From: Octopus sinensis
Lineage: Eukaryota
Direction of reading: 5' to 3'
Length of the DNA: 64,000 nucleotides
Assembly (NCBI RefSeq): GCF_006345805.1
Contig: NC_043002.1
Coordinates: 63,860,001 to 63,924,000 of the forward strand
Shown: positions 14,586 through 28,984 of the stretch, piece by piece
Layout of the letters: the number at the start of each line of letters is the position of its first letter
Position numbering within the stretch: the stretch's first letter is position 1
Position numbers and translations under genes: made by a program
The notes under the pieces: generated by a model
What the model saw: only the letters and a program-made list of their open reading frames with translations
What the model was told of the DNA's origin: nothing
Database searches by the model: none

Positions 14586-15281
14586 CAAACATATATACAT
14601 ATATATACGTGTGTGTGTGTGTGTGTGTGTGGTGTGTGTGTGTGTGTGCGTGTCTGTGTTTCAACGCGCAGTTTGCAGACTGGTTGTTCTGCACCAGTTT
14701 GACCTTAGCGATCAGGGTTTCACCGAAATGAATCAATAAGCATCGTGAAGTTAAAAACATGCTTGCTACCCATGTTTGCACAGGAATTCTAAAAATATGC
14801 CAGAAATGAAATAAAACTAATATCAACTGCATCGTATAAAAAAGATCTATGCTTGTACATAAATATACAGTATCACGTATAGACGTACATCTAACACATA
14901 CTCATATACACGTGTACCTGTTTATATGAAAGCGTGTTTGTTTTTGAAGAGATCACAACATAAAGCGATGTTACAATAGTGTAGGTTGTTCTCGCTGATT
15001 AATTTAACGGTTTGAAGTTTTCCATAAACTGCTAAATTGCTTTCGGTAAAAGCTTTTTGCTGCCAAGTTATTTTATGGGACATGCTTCTGTTCATTTACT
15101 ACTCAGGGAACATTATGAAATGCACCTAAGGAAACATATAGTAAGGAATGGTGCAGGCGAATGAGTAACTGCATTTAAACAAACGTACATACATGTATAA
15201 CTACATATACATAAACATATATACATATACTTTATATCATATATGTATACATTGATACAAACACAGAGTCACACACACACA

Positions 15282-15339
<58 letters not shown>

Positions 15340-16328
15340 ATATTTGTATGTATATATAAATATTTTACTCCATATATATTGTAAAATGTGTCATGAATCA
15401 ATACGTAAAACCTTAGCATGTGAGCATGAATGTGCGTGCATTTTTGTGTACATACACGACATCTTTAAATGTGCCCCTCTTTTGAAAAGATGATGGTTTG
15501 TATGTACAAGGTTGTACAAGCGAATATATTCTTTCATGTTCTTTTATATGTATTATTTACATATTCTTTTATATGTATTATTTACATATTTAATATTTTT
15601 ATATGCACAATTAATTTTTGCTTCAAATCACTAGCTCCTACAAAATAATTAACAGGTAAATATTAACACGAATGTTGTAACAAATACGTTGGTTATAAAT
15701 ACATTCATTTTCAACACCAGGTTTCAAACATGTAATTCATTTCTATCATTGCGTATCGATCGCACATTTTGTTTCAAATTAACAACTATATTTATCGACT
15801 GCATGCGTCGATATGTGCAGGGGTCATTATTATGTTTTCTTTTTAATGAGAACAGAAAAGTAATGGAATGTTTCTTCTTCCTTTTATTTCGAGGAATTTA
15901 ATCTAGCGAGAATTTTGATGATTATAATTGAGCTGGCATCATTTATTTGCACTTATCACTATGGCAGATTACGATTATATCTTAACAGGTTGCTTAAATA
16001 TAAATATGTATAAATGCAGGTGGGTTTTACGAATTTCATATTGTTTGTGTTCTTGTCATTACTAGATTCAAGAAAGATTGAATGTATCGACTACCTGCTG
16101 AGTCTCAGCCAGCGCTGTCTTAAGTAGTATCGGGTCATCTTGAAAGAAAATAATTTAGGACTACATTTAACTCAGGTGTAGTAACACAATTTATACTTAA
16201 TCCTACAAGCAATATGAGTATAGCTGAATAAAAAAAATATGATATTCAGCGCTAGATTAATATCTTCTTGTGGTTTCTCATTAAATAAATATATCTGATC
16301 AAACAGCAGGCATTTACACACCTTAAAT

Positions 16329-16708
16329 GGAAGCACTCCGTCGGTTACGACGATGAGGGTTCCGGTTGATCCGATCAACGGAACAGCCTGCTCGTGAAAT
16401 TAACGTGTAAGTGGCTGAGCACTCCACAGACACGTGTACCCTTAACGTAGTTCTCGGGGATATTCAGCGTGACACAGAGAGTGACAAGGCCGACCCTTTG
16501 AAATACAGGTACAACAGAAACAGGAAGTAAGAGTGAGAGAAGGTTGTGGTGAAAGAGTACAGCAGGGATCACCACCATCACTGCCGGAGCCTCGTGGAGC
16601 TTTAGGCGTTTTCGCTCAATAAACACTCACAACGCCCGGTCTGGGAATCGAAACCGCGATCCTACGACCGCGAGTCCGCTGCCCTAACCACTGGGCCATT
16701 GACCCTCC
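16329..16708 (-). mobile_element. tRNA-derived SINE (family C) with a 13-bp target-site duplication
   Basis: Head ..AATGGCCCAGTGGTTAGG..GGTTTCGATTCCC on the minus strand. TSD ACACACCTTAAAT at 16316-16328 and 16709-16721. Confidence 0.9.
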
Positions 16709-17303
16709 ACACACCTTAAATACAAACGCACTCAGTGACTATAGATAAATTGCCAACGACATATGCAAATATTAATTTTTGTGTTCTCTGAGTATTCTAC
16801 TAATTAAAACTTTATCTTGTAAACACGTAGCATCGTTAATCAATTAATAATAAGTAGGATGATATAAACTGAAACATATGTATGACATTAGTTTGCTTCA
16901 TCTCAAGAGAAACATAAAGACAATAACAAACTGCCTACATGCCATGCAGAATCAATATGCCACATTTTCCTCGTGAACTGTAAAACCAGATTTTTATGAG
17001 CAGCGTCTCCACTCCTTCTCTCTAGAAACTTTCATAGTGTTTGCTTTGCTCTATGATATATTAACTTGTTGCTATAAAACCACTTACGATGAATGCTAGT
17101 ACAAATGATATTGGGTATAGAACATATTTTAATCGTATTTTAGTTTTTTGTGCTGTTTATTTGGAAATCCTTTTACTTTTTCATGTTTATTCATTTTGTT
17201 TTCTTAGCCAAGTTTTACATAGATGCAGTTTCATTTGCACTAATTTCTAAATGTCTCTTCCAAGCAGAGAACATTTCAGCTCATTTTGCGCTTTCCCATG
17301 CAG

Positions 17304-17352
17304 AGAACACTAAAGGTTTCTGACAACGCAACCAAACTCATCACTGTCAATC
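17304..17352 (+). other. Candidate 49-nt coding exon (RTLKVSDNATKLITVN)
   Basis: Pyrimidine tract plus CAG acceptor, and a GTAAGT donor. Only one frame is open. A 43/49 paralogue lies at 18648-18696. Confidence 0.4.
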
Positions 17353-18647
17353 GTAAGTATTGTCCGTGTTTTAAAGATGGCTAAATGGCCAATTGTATTG
17401 CAATATAGAAAAATTTATAGATGGTGAGATTTTGCATTCTATTACTTCATACTGACCTTAAGCAGAAAATGATGAGAAAGCGTTGCCTTTACAGTAAATA
17501 AGAACAAATTCTTCATTCTTTATTCACTAATTTGCTTATTACAGATCAGCAACAAGAGAGCAAAATCAAATGCGTTATATATATTTAGAGTAATCTCCAA
17601 GAAGATGACATATTCATGATATTTTTCCTTATGTCATTATTTAATTTTCTTGGAAAAGATACCACTCGTTTTTTTTTGCATTTATCATCATGAGCCTTTC
17701 TTCACTGAAGCTGCGATGATTTTTTCGTGTTATATGACCTCTTTCCTTTTTTCGTTATTTATAATCTATACATTGCAATAGTTTCCGGTAAATACTCATT
17801 TATTATTCACAACCCATTTCCATATAACGAAATCTGGCAAAAAAGTCTCTCAATCGAAACAAAGTTTATATTGACAACGGGCATGTATTCCACCCTCGAG
17901 CTACAAACGATCGCTATTTGGAAATTCGATATTGACATGTCTGACACCGTCTTAAGTTAATTTAGTAAATTTTACCTGGCGTTAAAATTAAAACTCAATT
18001 TTGTATGATAAAATCCCCGAAGCCGATGTGAAATTTGTTTTTAATTTTATTATTGTAAGAAAGAAGTATAATTACCTAACACTGCCCTCAATAATGGAGG
18101 TTCATCAAATAGTTTGTTTTATATAACTGAAATATTTTATTTACACTCTATATTTCTAAATTACCAAGATCACTACCAATCCTGTGTTACTGAATACTGC
18201 AATGCAAAAAATGTAAAAGGCTAAACCTACGATATTACAAAAGGAAATACAAAAAGGCATGAAAAAAACGAACATTAGTAAGTAATTAATACAAAATATA
18301 ACATATAACTAGAACACTAGTAGAGTATAAGCAGAAATCTGAGAGCGTTCGGCAAAATGTTTAACCTTTACATTTGGATGTTTATTTTTCCTTGTGCATA
18401 TTGCATCAAGATTAAAATTGCCTTTGAGTATTTTGGGGATGGACTGCATAAAATAATATGGAAGTACGATAACTCCTGCATCTAACATCAGATCACTGCG
18501 TGCTTACAATAGAAAATATTGTTACTAAGAAGTCATATTTAATGTAGGCTTCCGTTTCCGAGTCATGGCTACATATGTGTGCATTTGGTGCGTTGAATGG
18601 TATTTCCTTATTGTCATTAAAATTGCACAGCTTTCTTTCCTCTTCAG

Positions 18648-18696
18648 AGAACACTACATGTTTCTGACAACACAACCAAACTCTTCACTGTGAAAC
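18648..18696 (+). other. Paralogous copy of the candidate exon (RTLHVSDNTTKLFTVK), donor lost
   Basis: CTTTCTTTCCTCTTCAG acceptor. It is followed by AT rather than GT. Confidence 0.3.
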
Positions 18697-19780
18697 ATAG
18701 GCTGACATCTATTTGTTATTATGGAAAGCAGAATATACTAAAATGCGAACAATATAAGATATTCATTTTCCATTGCACATCCTCATATAACATATATGTG
18801 GGAAAAATCTGTTTACAATTGTGTATGATTACATCATTTACAATGTAATTAATGTTTCCAACATGATGTTAAAATTTGCCATATCATATTGCTCATATAT
18901 TATATATGTACATACAAATGTTATCCAAACGAATAGTGCATTTTCACCTGCAGAGAAATGCAACAAATAGCGTTATTTATTTAAGGAATCCATTACCCCT
19001 CTCTAAATGATAAAATATTTATGTAGTATTACAAATTTATCTAGTCATATATTGTATGATACATTATATAAAGGATATTAAGCGACATTGTTACTACACA
19101 TTAGTAAACATCTGTCTGAAATTATACTGCGCAGGCCTATCAGTTTATGAAGAAACCAATAGTGGCTTTGCTGCATCGATGCACATTTCCACGTGGTTTA
19201 ACCACTAAAATTATTTGAAGGGCTTTATTGGTATTCCATACGTGTGAATTCTGAAAAGGTTACATATTTCAGACTTGCAGCAATATTTAATACATTATTA
19301 TATGTACAATATATAGCTATACAGAATAAGCCAATTTACCCCATTTGTGACTTAAATAATCTATATGAAAGATGTAGAGACAACGGATACAGAATAACTT
19401 AAGAATGGATAAAAACGAAAGTCCAATGTACAAAAATTACGGGAAAAATTAAGAATGGATGTGAACTCTTTGTACATTATTACTTAAGTATGCGTTAAGT
19501 ACAAACGGATAAGTAATTGTTTACATATATTACTAACAGTATATGAATATAATACTCGCAATATGGTACCACCAGACAGACTAGACAGGAAAATAATGAG
19601 TGGATTTAAATCGTAACACATGAAATCTATCAAAGTGTTTGTACTTATCTAAATGTAGTGCGCCTCAGTTACAGGGAAATGAGCATGAATTATGTACTAT
19701 GCAACAACAAACAATATGATTTATAAACAGTGCAATATTTTTTATAAATACACACAAACACACACACACACATAAATCTG

Positions 19781-19846
<66 letters not shown>

Positions 19847-19874
19847 TCATATATATATATATATACATACATAC

Positions 19875-19921
<47 letters not shown>

Positions 19922-20823
19922 CATATACAAACACACACACACACATGTATATATATATATGATTTACACAGATATACACACATAATTACACACATATATG
20001 CGTGTGTGTGCATAGGTATTATATACACGCATATATGTATAATTGTATGTATGTGTGTGCGTGTGTGGGCAAGTGTGTGCGCATAAACATACATACACAC
20101 ACACACACATATATGTAAATACAAGAGACAAAAACAGCAAATTTCAGAGAGAAAAACACACACAAGGAACGAAGGTATAGCTGATAATGCATACACCTAC
20201 ACAGGCACTTACATATATGTATTTACATGTGTGTATGTGTGTGTGTGTGTGTGTGTGTGTTTGTGGATACATTAACAATGAAGCAGGGGTTTCACAATAC
20301 AATTGTTACTTCTCTTCAAGAAGTCTTCCTTTATATCAGAGGTGGTGTAATAAAAAATAATAGAAATATAAAAAAGACTGGACAACAAACAAGTAGATAT
20401 GGCACAGAGAATTTTGATTCAAACATTAAACTACAAATCAGTGGATGAATATATTCATCTGTTCTGTTAATCAATGTTCCTTTAAACTGACACCGCAACA
20501 CTTACACAAAACTTAGAAAATAAACGCCAAAGTATCAACAACTAAAAAACATTACGTAACCGACAACACAAAGATTTTAAACAAAATTACCACCTCGGCA
20601 CACCTTAGGACTTTTGGCTTTCAGTAACTGACAGAAGATGACATAACAAACCACAAACGTCTCGTATAAGTTTCTTTGCCCAAGTTGTACGGCAAAAAAC
20701 AAGCACAAACAAGATTCAGAGACACAAACAACACAGGGCATGAAAGTATGTATGAGAGAACAATAACACAGCCGCCAATGAAACTGTTGCTAGTTGCTAC
20801 AAATAAAACCGACATCACCACGG

Positions 20824-20891
<68 letters not shown>

Positions 20892-20939
20892 ATTGCTGCT
20901 GCCACTACTACTACCACCACCACCACCACCACCACCACC

Positions 20940-20982
<43 letters not shown>

Positions 20983-21089
20983 TTACTTCTACTACTACTA
21001 CTGCTGCTGCTAATAATAATAATAATAATAATAATAGTAATGGTGATGATGATGGTAATAATAATAATAACAAAAACAATAACAATAAA

Positions 21090-21590
21090 GTGAGTGTATC
21101 TTCATTGGCTTTTATGTCGTAAATACCAATGCAAAGTAACAGAGAATTGGTATGAGCATGTACCAAGTAAAGTTATACAGGAGGATATAAATGTAACGAT
21201 ACTCTGGAACTATGATTTTCAAACGGATCGTCTACTCGAATATAGTCGGCCGGATATTGTCACATTGAGTAACACAGACAAATGCTGTCAGATCATTGAT
21301 GTAGCCATACCAAATAACATGATTACTGTGAGTAAAGAGGTTGAAAAAATCCCCGAATTGAAAGTGGAAATGGCAAGACCATATGGAATGCGAGAGTGTA
21401 ATGTAAGTGATACCAGTGGTTATTGGAGCTCAATCACATTGAAACTTCAAGACTTCTTAGGGCAACTGGAAATCCCCTGCAAGCTTGATATCTTGCAAAA
21501 AGCAGCATTATTGAGCACAGCGCACATCTCATAGAAAGTCTGAGGTCCTTGTTGTGACTTGACAGACCACTAAAGACTTTGGGGTGAAGC
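21090..21590 (+). mobile_element. R4/Dong-type LINE REL endonuclease fragment
   Basis: WYEHVP...ILWNYDFQTDR..SRPDIV....IIDVAIP..KEVEK in ORF 21094-21534. It is preceded by (AAT)n/(ACT)n. Confidence 0.85.
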
Positions 21591-21979
21591 CGTCAGCAGT
21601 TTGGGCAGCGTCCATTGTTGTTGGTGCTATTTGGGCCAAATCTGCAGTTACATTGAGAATGGTAATGACAGGATTTTTGACATGGGCATAGTAGAGGTGT
21701 TATATAATGGCGGAATAATTGGCCAGCGGTCCTATTGTAGTAGCTGGAGCAATAGCAGCCTATTGTTGTTGTTGTTGTTGAAGCGGCAGTGAACCTTGGC
21801 TTGCAACTGTAGGGATAGGAGAAATAAGGTCCGATAGTGCTATCAAACAAGGTTATTCCAATGTAGTAGCAATGTAGGAGCAGGATATTGTTGAAGCGGT
21901 AGTAAGTATTGGCTTGCCACAGTAGTATTCAGGAGAATTAGGTCACGTGGTGATTCCAGTGGGAATGCTGTTGCTGCTA

Positions 21980-22022
<43 letters not shown>

Positions 22023-22124
22023 ATGTGTGTGTGTAGATAGATATATATACATATACACATATATTTATATATATATATACATATATAACTATATATATGT
22101 ATATGTGAAATCACTTTTTTTATA

Positions 22125-22156
<32 letters not shown>

Positions 22157-22211
22157 CACCCACATCCGTGTATATAATATATAATACATTTTCAAATAAC
22201 ATGTATACATA

Positions 22212-22262
<51 letters not shown>

Positions 22263-22988
22263 GGATATACTTCATACTTAGCTACATAGTACGTATATCT
22301 CATTTGTACAACATATCCATAGGTAATAGCAGACGATGTGTGGATTTAATTGCGATACTTCAAACATTGATTGTAAACAATTGCTTTAACAGTTATCCAC
22401 TCCAGAAATCCATCTGTTCTTGAAAGGTTTAATTGACAGCGGGTGAAAGAATTCCTGGTGAATCAATATATTTGTCGTATATGTGGTTTTGTAGGGATGT
22501 GGCATTGGTGTAAGCATGGACGAGTGTTTATGTAGTTGTATGTGTATGAATATACGAGTGTTTATGTGTATACGTGCACACAAATACATGCGTATACACA
22601 TATGCTCGCACACACATCTTCGCTTCTATAAGCGTGCGCGTGTTTGCGTCTGTATATGTGCGTGCGTGCGTGCGTGTGTGCGTGTTGTTGCTGTTGTGTG
22701 CGCGTGAGAGGACGCAAGGCCTAGTTTGTTAGGGTGTTGTACTCGCTACGACGACATCGTGGTTTAAAACCTTGACCGGGCGGTGGGTTCTGTTCTTGAG
22801 CAAAGCCTTCATCCCACGTTATTCTGCAATCACTTTGACATAAGACGCGTGATACACTGTGCTCCTATTCAGAAAAGGTCGATTTGATGGAGTGACTTAC
22901 GTGTGTGTGTTGGGGGGGGGGCGTGTGTGTACATACATAAAATAATAATAATAATAATAATAGTAATAATAATAATATTAATAACATT

Positions 22989-23053
<65 letters not shown>

Positions 23054-23069
23054 TAATAATAATAATAAT

Positions 23070-24200
23070 AACCTGGGCGGTTTCACTAAGAATTGGAGCA
23101 GAGATAATCGCATGGACAGTAAACGAAGTAAATATCTTAGAGAGACAGACAAGGAATTTGATGACAAGATATGGGATACTCCACCACAAAAGTGACAACG
23201 AAAATGTGAAGGATCAGGACTGAGTGGATGCGAACAAAGCATTAGAGCAGCGGAAAACAACATAGCATGGTATGTAAAAAATTCCACAGAACCACTACTA
23301 TTGGAAGTAAGAATGTCAGGCTTGTGTAGGATAGGAGATTGCAAAGATGGAGCACTGTACAAGCACTTGAATAACACTGAAAATAGGTGGATAATGAAAA
23401 GAATGCATGGACAATTTCATATGGATGTTGATAATAAGGCAGACAGAAAAAAAGGATGATTATGGATGACTAAATGTGATTTAAAACCGGGAAGGGAGGC
23501 TCTAATTTATGCTGCATAAGTGCAAGCATTAAGAACGAATTACATCAAATACAGAATAGACAATATATCAGAAAGTGATAAATACAGAAATTTGGTGAAA
23601 ATAGTGAAACCGTATTGCATATTACCAGTCAATGTACGCCAGTAGCCCAGAAAGAGTATAAGAGACGTCATGGCAATATAGCAAGAATTGTCCATTGAAC
23701 ACGTTGCAAATGTATAAACTTGAAAGAGCAAAAAGGTGGTACGAAGATAAATCCGAAGGCATCATTGAAAATGATAATGCAGAGTTCCCATGGGATTTTA
23801 TGATTCTGTGCGACCATGGGATTAAGAATAGGAAACCAGACATAGTGTTAATTGAGAAAGAAAGCAAACGATGTTGGATCATAGATATACCATACCTAGC
23901 TGACAAGTTATGCGATAAGGAAGAAAGAAAAGTCGATAGAGATGACTGGTTAGCTTGGGAGGTTAAGCTGTTGTTGTTGCTGAAAAAGATGGTAGTAATA
24001 CTAATAATTGTCGGATGCCTGGGATCAGTGAGCAAAAATCTTGAGAGGTACATGCAATAAATAGGGGATGCAATAAGGGTGGGATTCTTGCAGAAAACAA
24101 CACTGCTTGGAACCACTCGAAAATAAGAGGTGTTACCTTAGTTCACTGGTAGTGAACAGCTAGGACCGTAGTACATCACCAGCATTACAAGCGGTGCAAA
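23070..24200 (+). mobile_element. R4/Dong-type LINE 3' fragment flanked by (AAT)n on both sides
   Basis: TWAVSLR..AEII.W...RQTRNLMTRYGILH, and ORF 23695-24060 WDFMILCDH..RKPDIVLIEK...WIIDI...VILIIVGCLG. Confidence 0.85.
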
Positions 24201-24246
24201 GAAAATAAATAATAATAACAAGAAGAAGAAGAAGAACAACAACAGC

Positions 24247-24337
<91 letters not shown>

Positions 24338-24899
24338 GCTTAATAATAATGTGGACATATACTAAGACTCTCTCTCTCTCTAACTGAATCCAATATCATC
24401 GGTGCAGTGGAAGGAAAACTTCCCAATGCAACCGGGGAAAAGTTCTGTCAAAGCAAAGGAACTAAAAAATCGGAAATTTCTAATTATTATATAGTGTTTT
24501 ATCTTTATTGAATGCGCAGTATCTGAATATGACATACGCAAGACTTGGAAAACAGAACCAGGAAACCTGGAAAAACTCACTAATTACACACTAACTACCT
24601 AAGTTGAATAATTATGGATGCATCTGTCCATGCATCTATGTGCATATGCTAATATTTTAAAGCAACATCAATAATGCCTACAGGGCACATGCGAAGACAG
24701 AGAGAAAATAAAAGAAATATACCTGTCACGAGCGACCGACACGGAACCAAACAAAAACAAAACCACTTCGTAGACACGAATATAAAAAGGAGCAAATTAA
24801 ACATTCAGTTTAAAACACCGGTAAAAATTTACGCACGGAAACATCGCTACAAAAAAATAATTGAAGCAAATTATATAGCCAAATATATCCATTCGGAAA

Positions 24900-25320
24900 A
24901 TAGCTAACCCTAAACAAACAGACCTGTCTCCTATTGTCACCGTTGATACTTTAATGGCAAGCGAAAACAGATGTCAGATCAGTCATCAGACAGGACATCA
25001 AGGACCGCGATACCGAGTGGATAAACAGACTGGGGTCGAAAAGTTTGTTGCTGGAACAAACTCTCTACAAAACTATTTTCTAGGTAACCAGAACTAGGTT
25101 AACCCTGACCCTAGACTTGTAGTGACGCCACCAAAAGCACCACGTAAAGCAAAACACAGAAAATGGACTAGAGAGTATTATAAAGATGAGGTGAAAGTTT
25201 TCTATACAACCCAGCTAAACACAAACAATAATCTCATTGTACAGACATACACTAGGTAACGAAGTACACAGACATATGGACGTGAAAAAGACAAAGCCCT
25301 TCAAACGACGCAGGAAATCT
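24900..25320 (+). mobile_element. Probable 5' part of an R4/Dong-type LINE
   Basis: KHRKWTREYYK-like N-terminal motif at ~25150-25190. The match is weak. Confidence 0.4.
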
Positions 25321-25652
25321 TAATTATCTATGCGCATCTAACATTGCGTAAGCGATTGATTGTTTCGATTCTATGATCTTTGGCTAGCAACCTACCTTGT
25401 GATGGTGTAGCGGTATTAATAGTGGTCAATACTGGTCAGTGCACAGCCTTCTAAACGCTGGCAGGAAATGTATTTATATTTCAAAATCAAGTAGTCATAA
25501 TACCTGATTGAACGGGAAGATGAAATACAAAAAATAAGCAGCAAATTGTGAGTTACTAATGTACAAGGAGTGTGGAGAAATTCTTTACAGTGAACGTTGA
25601 ATTCAGGATATGTTATTGACGCAAGCAATTCAAACACATTAACACTCATATA

Positions 25653-27937
25653 TAAATATCCATGTATATAAATATTTTATTTACTAGACTGCACATCAAA
25701 TATGTGTGAATATATATGTGTAAACATATACCTGAATGCTTGTGACTATGTAGATATGTATATGCTCTTGTGCGTTTCGCGATTTAGTAGAGAATATATT
25801 TAAAGCTGTACCCAATTGCCGAATCCTTTCAATAAGCCACCCATCACTAAGCTTCCCTGGCATTGCAAACTACGGAGACAAACTTTCTGGAACCATGCTC
25901 TTCTACCATTCCTGTATCTGTCGAATCTGCCGCAATCTATGTCCTACGCAGCATCTCTTATATATCCGCAGCGTGAATAACCACCTGCCTTTAAAATGCC
26001 AGAGATTACTCATATTTTTCCCTTAACCCCTATTTCACCATGACATAATGTTTTACACTCTACAGTAAAGAGTAACTTAATCTAAAACAGTAAAGTCTGC
26101 TCTTGCGAGCACCATTGGTCTCAGATTTCGAAGTCACTGCCACCACTCATCTTGTAAATGCATTTTAAATATGTAATGGGTTTCTACCGTTTGCATCAAT
26201 CAGATTTCCTCACAAGGCATCGGAGGTGTCGCAGAAAACATATGCCCGAGGTGTATCACAGTGACAATCATCCCGAACACACGGGATTGCATGACGAACA
26301 TCTTCACCACACAGCTATAATTAATTTATTCTTTCAGCCGGCGGCATGTGCCAATAAAGACGCACATCTTTAGCTACTCTTGTTTGCCCAGCATGAATAG
26401 ATCATTATATTTCTGCTTTACCTCTCTCCTAGGCTTACGCCATAATATATAACGTATATGTATATTTGTTATTTAGAGTGATACATGTTTTATTTTGTTA
26501 ATCTCCACCATTTTCCAATTTAATTATTTATATATTTTATTATCTATTTTGTATTATTATCAGATATTAAGCAATCACATATGTATTGAAGAGTTTTAAA
26601 ATATATTAAGTCTATGTATATGGCCTTGAGTGATTTCTATATTAATAAGTTTATATTTGCTATGCTGTCTCCTGCCTTTTTTTAATGTTTGCACTTTATA
26701 GTATGTTTTAAAGATAAACACATTAGCAATATTGATTCAACGAAATAGAATTTTAAGGATTATTTTCTTTTACAATATTTTACATTTTTCATCTTTAGTC
26801 TCATTTTTAAGTTACTACTTTATAGAATCACTAGGATATTTGATATATTTAAAATATTTTACTAAAATAAGTATAAAATAATATAGATTTAATACTCTCT
26901 GTCACCATATTTCTTGGGCTTTTCTTAATAATTGGCGTTTCGATAAACATACTCACATTAGCGTGCACACATATATAAATAGATGGGTATACAGAAAAAA
27001 ATATGTATTGGTAAACATATATGACTAATATTTAAACATCAACTCATCATATACAATACTAAAAGTGTGATTAAATTATGTTTTAGCTTCGAACATTTTT
27101 TATCATCTCAATAATTCGATATGCGCGTTTTTGAACTGATGCATTTGTATGCACAAACACACACACATATACACAGAACTATTTATCTATATACACATCT
27201 ATATCTACATATGCAATGTTGTTCTCTTTAGTGTTATGATTGGTAAAACACTTTTATTTGCTACATTTGTATTTTAACTACATTATCAATTTTCGATTTT
27301 AAGTTCTGCACTCTGAAGCACTCATGTTTTTTTTGTGTTTTTAGTTATTTCTCATAATCATTAGTTGTTTATCTATAAATCTGTGAGGTTTCGGGAAACA
27401 TAAATATGATTATTGATGCAGACACACACAGACACAAACATAAACACACATACATAAATATCCATGTATAAAATTTATTTTTTACTAGACTGCACATTAA
27501 ATATGCACGTATATATGTGGGTAAATATATGCCTGAATGCCTGTGACTATATAGATATGGACACGCTCTTGTGTATGTAAGTGTGCATTTCGCGATTTAG
27601 TAGAGAATATATTTAAAGCTGTACCCAATTGCCGTATCCTTTCAATAGGTCACCCATCACTACGCCTCACCGGCATTGCAAACTACGGAGACAAACTTTC
27701 TGGAACCGTACTTTTCTACCATTCCTGTATCAGTGGAATCTGCGGCAATCTATGTCCTACGCAGCATCTCTTATTTATCGGCAGTGTGATTAACCACCTG
27801 CCCTTAAAACGCCAGAGATTGCTCGTATTTTTCCCCCTTTGAGACGCAGCCCTTAACCACTATTTCACCATGACATAGTGTGTTAGACTCTACAGTAAAG
27901 AGCAACTTAATCTAAACCGGTAAACTCTGCTCTTGCG
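25653..27937. repeat. Two direct paralogous blocks of ~460-480 bp (25653-26107 and 27455-27937)
   Basis: Colinear, roughly 85% identical by eye, and not matching any TE family seen elsewhere in the window. Confidence 0.85.
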
Positions 27938-28008
27938 CGAACAGTCATACACCCACAAACACACACTCACACACACACATACACATACACACTATCACAC
28001 AATAATCA

Positions 28009-28054
<46 letters not shown>

Positions 28055-28249
28055 TCTCACATTCACTTAGATATCATCAATAATATATTCCATTTAACTT
28101 GCTTTACTGTGTCATACCCTCAAGTTCTAACTGATTCAGCGTCATCAATGACCCCTGTAAATGTGAACACCAGCATCCACATTTCGCAGCAACCCTTCGA
28201 AAACATACACTTTTGGGGCTTCTAAATTCACAACTGACCAACTTCCTTT

Positions 28250-28692
<443 letters not shown>

Positions 28693-28984
28693 CATCCTAC
28701 TTTATTTCAAAAAAATTTGACATAAAGGCATGACACAGAGTAGCTTGCGGGCTGGACAGAAACACTGATGAGATGAATGATGAAATAAAATTATATTAAT
28801 GGGAGAAGACAAAGTACGCCCGACAAATTTTTGCTTCTCTAAAACATTATTTTTTACACAAAAAGAAACTGAGGTATTGAACCTTTTACTTGTGTTTTTA
28901 CAATTTTTAAACTTAATAGTCTATGTACAAATTAAGGCGCTGAGCCTCTTACACACTTAAACATCATAGCACTGAGGTTCTTCA

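Noticed and set aside
16329-16708. tRNA gene candidates in SINE heads
   Set aside because: A/B boxes are present, but they continue into SINE bodies with TSDs and no full cloverleaf is evident.
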